DNA of 64,000 bases from an uncultured Candidatus Bathyarchaeia archaeon (GTDB lineage: Archaea > Thermoproteota > CALKCG01 > B24): positions 30,952 to 94,951 of the forward strand of contig CAYWZZ010000001.1 in the NCBI GenBank assembly GCA_964463005.1, in the 5' to 3' direction. Shown piece after piece: positions 49,556 through 59,632 of this stretch (within the stretch, counting starts at the first letter, position 1; each line of letters begins with the position of its first letter). Both the position numbers and the translations under genes were made by a program. Under the pieces are notes generated by a model that worked only from the letters and a program-made list of their open reading frames with translations, was not told the origin of the DNA and searched no databases.

Positions 49556-50101
49556 TTGGTAGATATTATGGTTAGTTTAGCACCCTTTGTAGCATCTCCT
49601 CCGGAAGTTGTCCGCGCAATGCTTGAGTTAGCGCAAGTTTCCAAGGATGATGTTGTATGCGATATGGGTTGTGGAGATGGGCGAATCCTCTTTATGGCTG
49701 TTTCTGAATTTGGAGCGAAGAAGGCTATAGGTTATGAGATTAGGAGAGATTTATACAACATGGTATTCGATAAGATTATAAGTGAGAATCTATCGGATAG
49801 AGTGGTCGTCTACAATAGAGACTGTACAACGGCGGATCTTTCAGATGTCACCGTAATAACTCTATATTTAACGACATCTGGTAACGATAGGCTCAGACCC
49901 AAGTTTGAAAGAGAGGCTAAACCTGGTACTAGAATTGTCAGTCACGATTTCAGTATAACGGGTTGGAAGCCAGCTAAAATTGAAAGATTTGGCGGTCATA
50001 CCATCTACTTATACATAGTTCCAGACGCCTTCCGAGGGAAGCCTTACGAAAACGAAACTAAGGAGAAGACGCGAAGCTTTTGGCCTTTTGGAAGAATCTA
50101 G
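49556..50101 (+). CDS. Class I SAM-dependent methyltransferase
   Basis: VCDMGCGDGRI motif I. Confidence 0.65.
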   Translation: MVDIMVSLAPFVASPPEVVRAMLELAQVSKDDVVCDMGCGDGRILFMAVSEFGAKKAIGYEIRRDLYNMVFDKIISENLSDRVVVYNRDCTTADLSDVTVITLYLTTSGNDRLRPKFEREAKPGTRIVSHDFSITGWKPAKIERFGGHTIYLYIVPDAFRGKPYENETKEKTRSFWPFGRI

Positions 50102-50107
50102 CTAAAC

Positions 50108-50794
50108 GTGAAAAAACCCCAATTGAACCAAGTAGATTTAACTTTAAGGTTTGAAAATCCCATACTATTGTATGTTGGTGCTGAAGCCGAGGTTTACAGG
50201 GCTAAATGGTATGGAATAGATGTCGTAGTTAAACGTAGAATTTCAAAGCCATATAGGATTAGAAAACTGGATGATGAAATAAGGTTTAAGAGAACTATGA
50301 GAGAGGCTAGGATCTTACACTACGCCAAAAAGTCTGGAGTCCCCACTCCAACAGTATACTTCTTAGATCTGACAAACTGTATGATAATCATGAGTTTTAT
50401 TGAGGGGAAGAGAATTAAAGAAGCTTTGGGTAAATTTGATAGGGAGGAACGTATTAGAAAAACCGAACTCATAGGAGTATACACAGGTAGACTTCACCAA
50501 GCGGGGATACAGCATGGAGATTTAACAACTTCAAACATGATTTTAACAGGAGATGGAAGGATATTCTTAATAGACTTCGGTTTAAGCATATTCACAAACG
50601 ACGTTGAGGATATTGCTGTAGATTTAATACTATTCAAAAGGGCTTTAATGAGCACCCACTACATGTTTGCAGAGGAATGTTTTAAAGCCTTTCTTAAAGG
50701 CTATGTAAGCGTCAGAGGGAGAGACGTAGTTGATAGGGTTTTAAACAAGGTTAGAGATATAGAGAAGAGGGGGCGTTACATCGCCAGAAGCTAG
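50108..50794 (+). CDS. bud32: KEOPS complex kinase/ATPase Bud32
   Basis: ...HQAGIQHGDLTTSNMIL...FLIDFGLS atypical RIO-like kinase motifs, 228 aa. Confidence 0.8.
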   Translation: MKKPQLNQVDLTLRFENPILLYVGAEAEVYRAKWYGIDVVVKRRISKPYRIRKLDDEIRFKRTMREARILHYAKKSGVPTPTVYFLDLTNCMIIMSFIEGKRIKEALGKFDREERIRKTELIGVYTGRLHQAGIQHGDLTTSNMILTGDGRIFLIDFGLSIFTNDVEDIAVDLILFKRALMSTHYMFAEECFKAFLKGYVSVRGRDVVDRVLNKVRDIEKRGRYIARS

Positions 50795-51720
50795 GTTGTA
50801 GGTTGTGCCTCCAATTTTACAAGAGCCCTAAAAACCTTTGAAGCTCTCCCGATTGAAAGTTCTATAACATCACCAACTTGCTTACCCCGTAGAGACTTAG
50901 TTATATCATCCATAGAAGATATGTTAAACTCGTCAATTCTGAGAATGACGTCTCCAGGTCTGATGCCGGCTTTAAACGCAGGGCCGTTTTCAAACACACT
51001 TACGACTAGAACACCCCTCATAAACGATATGCCGTAGTATGATGCGATTGCCCTATTAAGGTCTATACCAGCTATGCCGATCCATGGTCTAGCGAGACCA
51101 TAGACTCGTATATCTTCGAAAATTCTTCTAACAGTATCCGACGGTACTGCAAATCCTATACCTTGAGCAAATGGCACAATTGCCGTACTCATACCCACCA
51201 TCTCAGCCTTCATATTGATCAGGGGACCCCCGCTGTTACCCGGGTTTATGGCAGCATCCGTCTGAATGATACGGCTCATTACACCTCTAGGGGTTTGAAG
51301 GGTACGGTTTAATGCACTTATAACGCCTATTGTAACAGTCGGCCCGCCAGGTAATCCCAGTGGATTACCAATGGCGACTACGAGTTGCCCGACTTTGAGA
51401 TTCTCATAATCGCAGAATTTGATCGGTTTTAGATTTGAAGCGTCTATTTTCAGGATCGCCACGTCCATCAGTTTATCCGCACCGATAAAGGAGGCTTCAA
51501 ATCTCTCACCATTATATAGTGTCACCTCTATCTGCTGAACCCCTTCTACAACGTGGTAGCTTGTAGCAATGTAGCCATCTTTATCTATTATCGTACCAGA
51601 GCCTACGCCTTTAACAGGCATTACTTGGAGAAGCATATCTCTACGCAATGCAATCGTACTCACGTTTACAACACTTGGAAGAGCTTCTTCAACAACCTTA
51701 ACTATTTTTTCCTCCTCCAT
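50791..51720 (-). CDS. HtrA/DegP-family serine protease with PDZ domain
   Basis: Catalytic motifs ...TSYHVV..., ...D..., GNSGGPLIN, plus a C-terminal PDZ domain. Confidence 0.8.
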   Translation of the reverse strand: MEEEKIVKVVEEALPSVVNVSTIALRRDMLLQVMPVKGVGSGTIIDKDGYIATSYHVVEGVQQIEVTLYNGERFEASFIGADKLMDVAILKIDASNLKPIKFCDYENLKVGQLVVAIGNPLGLPGGPTVTIGVISALNRTLQTPRGVMSRIIQTDAAINPGNSGGPLINMKAEMVGMSTAIVPFAQGIGFAVPSDTVRRIFEDIRVYGLARPWIGIAGIDLNRAIASYYGISFMRGVLVVSVFENGPAFKAGIRPGDVILRIDEFNISSMDDITKSLRGKQVGDVIELSIGRASKVFRALVKLEAQPTT

Positions 51721-52571
51721 TCTAAACCCTCCACTATATTTTTCATTTTAATGGCGTCGAAGTCGAGAACTGGAGATTCACTTACTATGACTGGTTTATA
51801 TCCGTTTTCAACTATGACTTCAGCTAGGATTTCGAAACTTGGGCCAAACGGTTCATCTAAAGTTCTATGTTTAACTTCTCCTTTATCACTGTATTCAACG
51901 TTTGTAAAGTGGAAGTGAAGCTTCTCAATGCCTCTAGAGCCTAAAACCTTTTCAATCTTCTCAAAGACTTTTAAATAATCGTCTTTGGAGTGGAGGCAAC
52001 CTCCACATCTAGCGTAGATGTGAGCCCAATCTATGGTGGGATATACTGAGCCAAATTTCTGACACATGGCTAAAATTTCATCTAAATTGCCAAGTTGACT
52101 AGGTTTACCAGTCGTTTCAGGACGAAGATAAACCTTAGACCCAATAACGCCCATATACTCTACCAGTTCATTTAAAGCTTTAAGACAGATTTCAAAAGCT
52201 TCCTTAGGCGAACGGTTTCCGTAGAAGCCAGGGTGGAAGACAATGCTTTCAGCCCCAAGCCACTCAGCCGCTTCCAAACAAGCTCTAATCCTCTCAATAC
52301 TCTTAGCTACAACGCTTTCATCTCCGGCAAGATTTATAAAGTAAGATCCATGCATTGTAACCCATACATCATTCTTTAGCGCTTCATACTTAAACTCCTC
52401 AGCGAGTTCGCGTCTAATTTGGGGTTTAACACTCCAACGTACGGCTTGATATTCGAAGGCATTTAACCCCTCACTTCTAAGATAGGAAGGTACTAGTGTA
52501 AGTGGACCATTGAATCCCACCGGTAAACCAGCTGGTCCGAATCTGACTTTATCCGCCAAGAAACCACCCAC
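51702..52571 (-). CDS. nfo: Endonuclease IV (AP endonuclease family 2)
   Basis: ...VTMHGSYFINLAG...VFHPG...HFHF... metal-binding pattern of Nfo. Confidence 0.8.
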   Translation of the reverse strand: MGGFLADKVRFGPAGLPVGFNGPLTLVPSYLRSEGLNAFEYQAVRWSVKPQIRRELAEEFKYEALKNDVWVTMHGSYFINLAGDESVVAKSIERIRACLEAAEWLGAESIVFHPGFYGNRSPKEAFEICLKALNELVEYMGVIGSKVYLRPETTGKPSQLGNLDEILAMCQKFGSVYPTIDWAHIYARCGGCLHSKDDYLKVFEKIEKVLGSRGIEKLHFHFTNVEYSDKGEVKHRTLDEPFGPSFEILAEVIVENGYKPVIVSESPVLDFDAIKMKNIVEGLEWRRKK

Positions 52572-52661
52572 CTGGAATTAGTAAGCCATGTTTTAATTAA
52601 ACTTTAGTATGGGGAGGAAAAGTAATTAAGTAGATTTTAATATTTTTGATATTGGGTTAAA

Positions 52662-52871
52662 ATGCCTAAGTATTGTCCTGAATGCGGTGGAGAGTTGTTC
52701 TATGATCCATCTATGAAACTTTACATGTGCAGGAGCTGTGGGGCTACATATAATCAGCAAGAACTTGCAGATGCGTGGAAAAAGATAAGGGGACGATTAA
52801 GTGAGGAAGATCGTAAGGAGAAGCTTCAGAAAGAGTATTTAAGATGGTGGCTTTCAAGAAAAGAGTCTTAA
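52662..52871 (+). CDS. Zinc-ribbon protein (CPECG...CRSCG) with basic helical tail
   Basis: C-x2-C-x15-C-x2-C N-terminus followed by a charged helix. No specific family assigned. Confidence 0.35.
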   Translation: MPKYCPECGGELFYDPSMKLYMCRSCGATYNQQELADAWKKIRGRLSEEDRKEKLQKEYLRWWLSRKES

Positions 52872-53127
52872 TATTTTGAATAGAGAAACACCCATGCGGG
52901 ATCAGTTGAATACGCTCCACTGTGCCATGTTTTACATGGACTTTGCTATGGATTTTCATAAATTCTGATCTCTCTAAGGAAATGGTCATTTTCCATCTAA
53001 GACGGATTGCGTGCGAAATGTCGTGATCAGGTGATAATAGGTGTCTGTAGATATACTTAACAACTCTTAAGTTTAATAAGGAACTGTTTTCTTAAACAAG
53101 TAAAGGTATACCGATGTGTGACCTATA

Positions 53128-53952
53128 ATGGTTGAACAGCTTAAATTTGAGATATTGACCATAGGAAATGAGTTGCTTATAGGTAAAATTCTAAATACAA
53201 ACGCCTATTGGCTTAGTAAACGTATAACGAGTTTAGGAGGCCGCGTTACTAGGATAATCACAATAAGTGATGATGTTAACGAAATATCGTCAACAATAAG
53301 GGACTGTTTAGCTAGAAAACCAGATTTCATAATAACCGTAGGTGGACTTGGGCCAACGTTTGATGATAAAACTCTAGAAGGTGTTGCACACGCCTTAAAT
53401 TTAAGGCTTGAAGTGAATAAAGAGGCATTGGATATGGTTAGAATGAGATATAAGAGTTTAGGAAGGATTAGAGGGGAAAAAATCGAGCTTACACCTGCGA
53501 GAATTAAAATGGCTACTCTACCTGAGAAGGCCAAACCCATAAAGAACCCTGTTGGAACCGCTCCAGGCGTCTTACTTGAGGTTAATGGAGTGACAATAAT
53601 ATGTCTACCGGGTGTTCCTGAGGAGATGAAGGCCATATTCGAAGAACATATAAGTCCAATTATCCGTGAGCGGTCTAAACTCGTCTTCTATGAGAAAAGT
53701 TTAAGAGTTGAAAATATATACGAGTCCGACCTAGCACCTATAATAGATCAAGTCCTTAGTATAAATCCTAAAGTCTATATAAAGTCTCATCCAAAGAGGG
53801 AGGAGGGGGTTTCTTACATAGAGTTGCATCTTTCAACATCGAATGAAAGCTTTGAAGAGTGTCTTAAGCTGGTAGATGTTACAGTGTCCGAGATTAAGAG
53901 GCGGGTAGTTGAACGGGGTGGTAAGGTTATTGAAATACCAGCTAAGGAATAG
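53128..53952 (+). CDS. CinA-like / molybdopterin-binding (MoCF biosynthesis) domain protein
   Basis: ...ILTIGNELLIGKILNTNA...ITVGGLGPTFDDKT... MoaB/MogA/CinA-N fold motifs. Confidence 0.6.
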   Translation: MVEQLKFEILTIGNELLIGKILNTNAYWLSKRITSLGGRVTRIITISDDVNEISSTIRDCLARKPDFIITVGGLGPTFDDKTLEGVAHALNLRLEVNKEALDMVRMRYKSLGRIRGEKIELTPARIKMATLPEKAKPIKNPVGTAPGVLLEVNGVTIICLPGVPEEMKAIFEEHISPIIRERSKLVFYEKSLRVENIYESDLAPIIDQVLSINPKVYIKSHPKREEGVSYIELHLSTSNESFEECLKLVDVTVSEIKRRVVERGGKVIEIPAKE

Positions 53953-53954
53953 CA

Positions 53955-55532
53955 CTAGCTTATAATATTCGTCACAAAACCTATTCCCCTAGTCCGACCT
54001 TCTCTGAATACAAACCAGTCTCCAGTTCTAATGTAAACAGGTCTGTACTTGAAGCCGAATTTCACATATGCTGTTACACCCGTTCTTAATGGCTCACGAC
54101 TAGACTCTAGAAGTTCAGCCGTCTGCCTTATTGTGTGAATATGTATCACAGCGTTATATCCCCTCCATATGGTTGTAGGATGATGGAGGATCGTTATCTT
54201 AGCTTCGAATACCCTGACAGGTTTTAAGATCTCAGATTTATCGAGAAGACACATGCCCTTTAAAACCTCACCATACTCTATATTGGATAGAGCTAAACAA
54301 ACATCTTGACCTGGGAAAACTCTTTGAACTGGGACTCTATGTAAGTGTATGGATTTAATTTTCACAAGCCTAGAACTTCCATCGTCGAATGGACCTATTT
54401 GAACGTAGTCATCAATACCTATGCTACCTTGAAGGACTACGCCGCTTACAACAACACCGACTCCTTTAACGTTAAATTTATCATCAACATACATCATAAA
54501 CGGCTCATTCAACTTCTCTTCCCACTTCATCCTCGGAGGAAGAAGGTTTAAGAAAAGCTTCAATAGGTTTAAACCTTCACCAGTCTTATTGGAAATAAGG
54601 AATACAGGCGTTACTCTCCCAGATTGTATCGTTTTAACAGCTACAGATATATCGTCCACTCCTCGAACTAATATTGGGATCTTATCTACACCAGGCATTT
54701 TCAAGAGCTTAAACACATCATCTAAGACGTATTCAATTCTCTCGTGATTTACCATGTCGATTTTACTGATCACCAGTATTATAGGGATCTTTAAAGCAAC
54801 AGCTATTCCTAAGTGCTCTTTTGTAGTACCTACGACCCCCGCGTTAGCCCCCACGACTAGTAGAGCATAATCGGGCGCCCTCCCCATTATACCCTTAAGC
54901 GTCGTCCTCAGGTATTTTTCATGCCCTCCAAGATCTATGAGGTTTATGATTTTAGAGCTTTTTAAGAAGACCTGTGATTCATCTAGGGGAGATGTAAGAC
55001 TATGATTCACTATGCAACCGTCCTCTGAAAACCCGATTGGATGGATGGATATTGAAGACGTTCTACCAGTTTTGACCTCATGTATATATCTAGCTACTTT
55101 ACTCATAGCTGATCCTCTACCGTTATCCAGTTCACCAGTCGTCAGAACTCCAACTAGACTAGACTTACCAGCATCAACATTTCCAATTACCGGAATCTCT
55201 AAGAGAATTGGAAGATTGCCTTCCCTAGAAACCCTTACATGAACTTCAGCTATTTTACCCAATCTACCAGTTCCAACTCTTAGAAGTCTACATTTAGCTC
55301 CAATCAACTTGGCAGCTTTTTCTAAAACGTTTAAAGATAGTTCAAGCGCTTTATCATCAAGCCCCACAGGGTCCCCGTCATCTGAAACACCTATTTCATA
55401 GAAGGCTTCTCCCCCACCTTCGTTAAGCCTATACCGCATTTGAGTAGCCAAATGTTCGATTGTTTTCTGATCGTCTTTTAAAAGAACGAGTTTATACTCT
55501 ACATTACCTTCATCCCTTTCCGCTTCTTTCAA
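53955..55532 (-). CDS. GTPBP1-family (EF-1alpha-like) GTPase
   Basis: GNVDAGKSSLVG P-loop, DLGGHEKY, ISKIDM motifs. About 525 aa with an archaeal GTPBP1-type N-terminus. Confidence 0.75.
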   Translation of the reverse strand: MKEAERDEGNVEYKLVLLKDDQKTIEHLATQMRYRLNEGGGEAFYEIGVSDDGDPVGLDDKALELSLNVLEKAAKLIGAKCRLLRVGTGRLGKIAEVHVRVSREGNLPILLEIPVIGNVDAGKSSLVGVLTTGELDNGRGSAMSKVARYIHEVKTGRTSSISIHPIGFSEDGCIVNHSLTSPLDESQVFLKSSKIINLIDLGGHEKYLRTTLKGIMGRAPDYALLVVGANAGVVGTTKEHLGIAVALKIPIILVISKIDMVNHERIEYVLDDVFKLLKMPGVDKIPILVRGVDDISVAVKTIQSGRVTPVFLISNKTGEGLNLLKLFLNLLPPRMKWEEKLNEPFMMYVDDKFNVKGVGVVVSGVVLQGSIGIDDYVQIGPFDDGSSRLVKIKSIHLHRVPVQRVFPGQDVCLALSNIEYGEVLKGMCLLDKSEILKPVRVFEAKITILHHPTTIWRGYNAVIHIHTIRQTAELLESSREPLRTGVTAYVKFGFKYRPVYIRTGDWFVFREGRTRGIGFVTNIIS

Positions 55533-55615
55533 GTCGTTCCTAAATTGTAAACACCCCTCGAATGTAAAATCTTTAACAAGTTGAATTTAAAATTTTATTT
55601 TATGTTATAAGTCTC

Positions 55616-56392
55616 TTGGAGGGGTTTGCTCTGTACACAGTGTATATATTAGGAACAGCTGGTTCAGGGAAATCTCACCTAACACAAGCCTTAGTGGACT
55701 TCCTAAGAGCTAAAGATCAGAGCGTGGCTTCCTTAAACTTAGACCCCGGTGTCATAGATCTACCTTACATTCCAGATATGGATGTTAGAGATTACGTGGA
55801 CGTATATGACATTATGGAGAGGTATAGGCTTGGACCCAACGGAGCTTTAATACTCGCAGCGGATATGATAGCAGCTCATATAGACGATTTGAGGAGAGAC
55901 GTAGAAGATTTAAAGGTAGATTACCTGATAATTGATACACCAGGACAGCTTGAACTCTTCGCATTCAGAGCAAGCGGTCCTTTAATAGCTTCAACTCTTA
56001 CAGATGGCATTAAAGTCATAGTATACCTCTTTGAATCTACATTCTCAAGCGATCCGTTTAACTACATGTCGAACATGTTTTTATCAGCTGCAATTTACTC
56101 TAGGTTTCTTCTGCCTCAAATCCACGTAATATCCAAAAGCGACCTAGTATCCGATGAAGTGATAGAGGAAATGATTTCTTGGTATGAGGATGAGGAGGCT
56201 CTGGAGAATGCTATTGAAAGCCGATTAACGGGTGAACGATACATTTTCACGAGACGGCTTAGACTGTCGCTTAAAGACTTATGCTCAGTATCTGCGCTAA
56301 TACCAGTATCATCTAAAACGGGTTTAGGGCTTACAGAACTATCGGCTACTTTAACTAGAATATTCACTGGTGGAGAAGAGTTATTGATTTAA
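55616..56392 (+). CDS. GPN-loop GTPase
   Basis: GTAGSGKS P-loop and the diagnostic GPNGA motif. Confidence 0.8.
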   Translation: MEGFALYTVYILGTAGSGKSHLTQALVDFLRAKDQSVASLNLDPGVIDLPYIPDMDVRDYVDVYDIMERYRLGPNGALILAADMIAAHIDDLRRDVEDLKVDYLIIDTPGQLELFAFRASGPLIASTLTDGIKVIVYLFESTFSSDPFNYMSNMFLSAAIYSRFLLPQIHVISKSDLVSDEVIEEMISWYEDEEALENAIESRLTGERYIFTRRLRLSLKDLCSVSALIPVSSKTGLGLTELSATLTRIFTGGEELLI

Positions 56393-56470
56393 ATTTTTCA
56401 AAAATCTTCTTTCGATAAGAGGCTTCAATTTTTATCCTCTAAAATATGTTACACTATAATAGTGTGAGAC

Positions 56471-57055
56471 TTGTATAATGGAGGATGGATTAAGGAAACC
56501 CTGCTCCTATACGCTTTAAGACATTTTGAACCGTTAGGTAGGAAGACGTTATCAAAGATACTAAGGGTTACGGAGGGGGTAGTTAGAAGCATGGTCAGCA
56601 GATTAGAAGAGCAGGATTACGTAAGTGTAGATAGAGCTGGCGTTAAAGTAACATCTAAGGGGATTCTAGAACTTCAAAGAAGACTTGAGAAGATGCATAT
56701 TAAGGGTATAAAGGACTTTCCACACAGAGAACTTAATATAGGTCCAAGTTCAGTAGCTATTCTAATAAGCGGTGCAACTGCTAAAGTGACGTCAGGTTTA
56801 GAGGAGAGAGATCAAGCGGTTAGAGCTGGCGCCTTAGGAGCTATTACGATAATTTATAGTGGTGGCGTTTACAAAATGCCCAGAGTCTATGGAAACCTTG
56901 AAGTTGAAGCTCCCAACTGGTATAGGGCTATTCTAGATACGTTTAAACCAGAGGATGAATCTTGCATAGTGATAGTTTTTGGAGAAAACTACTGGGTTGC
57001 TGTTGAAGCCGCTCTTACGGTAGCTGTTAAAATGACGGCTACTTCTCAAAGATAA
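56471..57055 (+). CDS. Hypothetical protein with predicted N-terminal winged-helix domain
   Basis: No recognised catalytic motif. The N-terminal about 70 aa look like wHTH (LSKILRVTEGVVRSMVSRLEEQDYV). Sits immediately upstream of the NAD kinase on the same strand. Confidence 0.3.
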   Translation: MYNGGWIKETLLLYALRHFEPLGRKTLSKILRVTEGVVRSMVSRLEEQDYVSVDRAGVKVTSKGILELQRRLEKMHIKGIKDFPHRELNIGPSSVAILISGATAKVTSGLEERDQAVRAGALGAITIIYSGGVYKMPRVYGNLEVEAPNWYRAILDTFKPEDESCIVIVFGENYWVAVEAALTVAVKMTATSQR

Positions 57056-57118
57056 TTATGCATTTAGCCAGAGGTATGCGTATAGAGTTTTATTTAAGAC
57101 TAAGAAAGTGGAAAATAT

Positions 57119-57949
57119 ATGATGAGTAGAATGCTTAAGAGAGCAGTACTTATCTGTAGGTCTGATACTTCTGAAGCATTGGAACTAGCGAATGAGATTA
57201 GGCTGAGACTTTTGGAGTTAGGTTTAAGCGTTGAAGTCGAAGAAAGCGTGGCTTCCAAGCTTGGATTCCATGGAAAACCCATAGATGAATTAGATGGCGA
57301 TTTTGCGGTCGTAGTTGGCGGAGATGGAACGATTCTTAGAGCGGTACACGGTTTGAAACGGGATATACCTCTATTAACTGTAAGGCTAGGAAGAGTTGGA
57401 TTTCTCGCGGAAGTTGAGAAGGAGGAAGTATCTGAGGCATTAAACCGGTTTATTTCTGGAGATTTTATGATTGATGAGTGCTTTACACTTGCAAACAATA
57501 AGAATCTTCCTGAAGCGTTGAATGAAATAATGGTAGGTGCTGAGCTACCTCTCAAAACCATTGACGTAGAAGTTTACGTTGATGGATGGTTTATAGCTAG
57601 AGATAGAGTCGATGCCATCATAGTATCTACAACAACTGGTGCTACGGGGTATTCTCTGAGCGCTGGAGGATGCCTAGTGGATAGTAGAGTTAAAGCCATT
57701 ATGGTGGTTCCAGTATGTCCACTTTCAACAAACTTTAAACCCTATGTTCTTCCAGAAGAATCTGAAATCAGAATAAGCGTAGCTGCAGGGGATAGTATTG
57801 TCGTTGTAATAGATGGGCAGTTTATGAGCCAGTTTAGACCGCCGTTTGACGTCATTATAAGGAGGGGGAAACGCACTGTTAAATTCATAAGGTTTGAGTC
57901 GAATTTCTACAAGAGAATTAGAAGAAGACTTGCTTTAAGCTCAATCTAG
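57119..57949 (+). CDS. nadK: NAD+ kinase
   Basis: VVVGGDGTILRA and downstream NE/D motifs. Confidence 0.85.
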   Translation: MMSRMLKRAVLICRSDTSEALELANEIRLRLLELGLSVEVEESVASKLGFHGKPIDELDGDFAVVVGGDGTILRAVHGLKRDIPLLTVRLGRVGFLAEVEKEEVSEALNRFISGDFMIDECFTLANNKNLPEALNEIMVGAELPLKTIDVEVYVDGWFIARDRVDAIIVSTTTGATGYSLSAGGCLVDSRVKAIMVVPVCPLSTNFKPYVLPEESEIRISVAAGDSIVVVIDGQFMSQFRPPFDVIIRRGKRTVKFIRFESNFYKRIRRRLALSSI

Positions 57950-59212
57950 CTACTGGTGGTATTTAAGAATTGCTGCAATTCCTCCGAAGCTTTTTAGAAG
58001 CATTTCTCCCTCTTCTGTTTTCGAAGAGATCACTTCGACTTTAACTCCCAGGTTTTCAGCCATATCTATAAGCTCATCTATTAGATCCTTCCTATCTTTT
58101 ATCCTAAATGTTTGAAGGCCGCAGTTTGCACATTTACGCGTAGTAAGTTCATTTTCCAGCATAGGTATATCTGTCAATTGAGCTGTAATCCATTCAGAGT
58201 ATCCGCAGTTTGAACACTCAATTTGAATCCTCTGAGTTTGAAGGTCCTCTGAAAGCAACAACACTTCAACCGTACCCTTTTCAAGATGGCGTTTAACTTC
58301 TTTTTCACCGTAAACAGCTAAACCCGTATCTTTGGACACTTGATCTAAAAAACTTTGAACGAGCTTCTTCTCCTCAATTCTTCTAACTTCTTTCAAAACA
58401 TCTGAAACTCTATCGATTACGTCTCTTAAGCCCGATTCATCTGCGTAAGCTGTATCTACTATAGCTATCACCTTTTTCTTAAGTATGTAGTTCATGTAAT
58501 CTCCTTCTAAGAAATATCTCTTAGTGGGACCCGGACCCCCCACTATTATACCCTTTAGACCATCCATGTTTAAGAATAGTGAGTCTGCATGCTTACCAGC
58601 TCTTCTAAAAAAATCGTTAAGCTCCATCTCTCTAAGTCTTTCAAATCTCCTAGCTGATTGACCACCAGCTCTATGTTTACCTGGTATTCCAGAGGTTATT
58701 TCTTGAAGAACCTCAAGACGATTACCGGCTAAAGTTGCAAATGTTGCTCTACTAGAGTCTATGAGAATCACCCCGTAAATCTCCTTCTCCCTAAGCATTT
58801 CTAAGAGAGGCTCGACGTAGAATTTTGAGCCGCAACCATAGTAGTATATGTCTATGGGCTCCGGGGGGATTATAACGTAAGTCTCCATCTTCTCAGAACC
58901 GGGACCATCTTGGGGGATAGCTCCACAGAAAATTATTAACCCATTTGGAGGAGTCTGCTTAAACAATCTAAGCCTCTGCATAACCTTTTCCAAAGCCGAC
59001 TGAACATTCTTACGAGTTCTATCGGATTTTATATTCATAGCAGTACTATACTCTTGTCTAAGATTATTCATGACGTCTGATATAGGCCTACCAGACGGTA
59101 CGTAAAGTGAAACTAACTCAGTACCCCGCCCTTCCTTCGAAGCAAGCATTTTAAGCGTCTTCCTAAGCTTGTAAAGCTCGACCGAACTATACTTCTCTCT
59201 AATTCTAGCCAT
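57950..59212 (-). CDS. prf1: Peptide chain release factor aRF1, with CxxC...CxxC zinc-ribbon insertion in domain 3
   Basis: NIKS and GGQ motifs present. Insert reads ...IECSNCGYSE...RKCANCGLQTF... Confidence 0.9.
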   Translation of the reverse strand: MARIREKYSSVELYKLRKTLKMLASKEGRGTELVSLYVPSGRPISDVMNNLRQEYSTAMNIKSDRTRKNVQSALEKVMQRLRLFKQTPPNGLIIFCGAIPQDGPGSEKMETYVIIPPEPIDIYYYGCGSKFYVEPLLEMLREKEIYGVILIDSSRATFATLAGNRLEVLQEITSGIPGKHRAGGQSARRFERLREMELNDFFRRAGKHADSLFLNMDGLKGIIVGGPGPTKRYFLEGDYMNYILKKKVIAIVDTAYADESGLRDVIDRVSDVLKEVRRIEEKKLVQSFLDQVSKDTGLAVYGEKEVKRHLEKGTVEVLLLSEDLQTQRIQIECSNCGYSEWITAQLTDIPMLENELTTRKCANCGLQTFRIKDRKDLIDELIDMAENLGVKVEVISSKTEEGEMLLKSFGGIAAILKYHQ

Positions 59213-59261
59213 GGCTCGCTAGAAAAAAAGAAGGCAAGAGTTATTTAAACCCTATTTACAA

Positions 59262-59271
59262 ATCTATATAG
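59262..59271 (+). promoter_or_regulatory. TATA-like element (CTATATA) about 30 nt upstream of tRNA-Leu
   Basis: Position relative to the mature tRNA 5' end. Confidence 0.3.
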
Positions 59272-59297
59272 GGGAAACTATAGTCTCCCTAAGACGG

Positions 59298-59385
59298 GCG
59301 GGGGTAGCCAAGCCTGGTTTAAGGCGCAGGGCTCAGAACCCTGTGGGGTAGCCCTTCGTGGGTTCGAATCCCACCCCCCGCACCA
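59298..59385 (+). tRNA. tRNA-Leu (anticodon CAG), CCA encoded, no intron
   Basis: Acceptor GCGGGGG/CCCCCGC, anticodon stem CAGGG/CCCTG with loop CUCAGAA, long variable arm, T-arm GTGGGTTCGAATCCCAC. Ends in discriminator A plus CCA. Confidence 0.85.
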
Positions 59386-59632
59386 ATACCTTTAGCTCTG
59401 GTGTGGTTGACATAAACCCGATTTTTAGGTGTCCGAGTAGTCCTGCTATTGGAGTGACTAGCGTATGTTAGAGTTCAGCAGTAGGACTTTAACGTAGTCA
59501 AAAGATCAAGAAAACTAAGGGAGAAATCAGTCCAGTAACTAGGTCTATGTTAATTGAAAAGCCGCATAATACAACATTGTCAGAGAATTCAAAAGTATTA
59601 TTGATGTAAGGAAATGCTACAATTCATGTACC

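Noticed and set aside
59386-59632. Possible small RNA downstream of tRNA-Leu (imperfect inverted repeat AGTAGTCCTGCT ... AGCAGTAGGACT)
   Set aside because: The stem is interrupted, and I could not find convincing C/D (RUGAUGA/CUGA) or H/ACA box arrangements. It may simply be a terminator-like hairpin.
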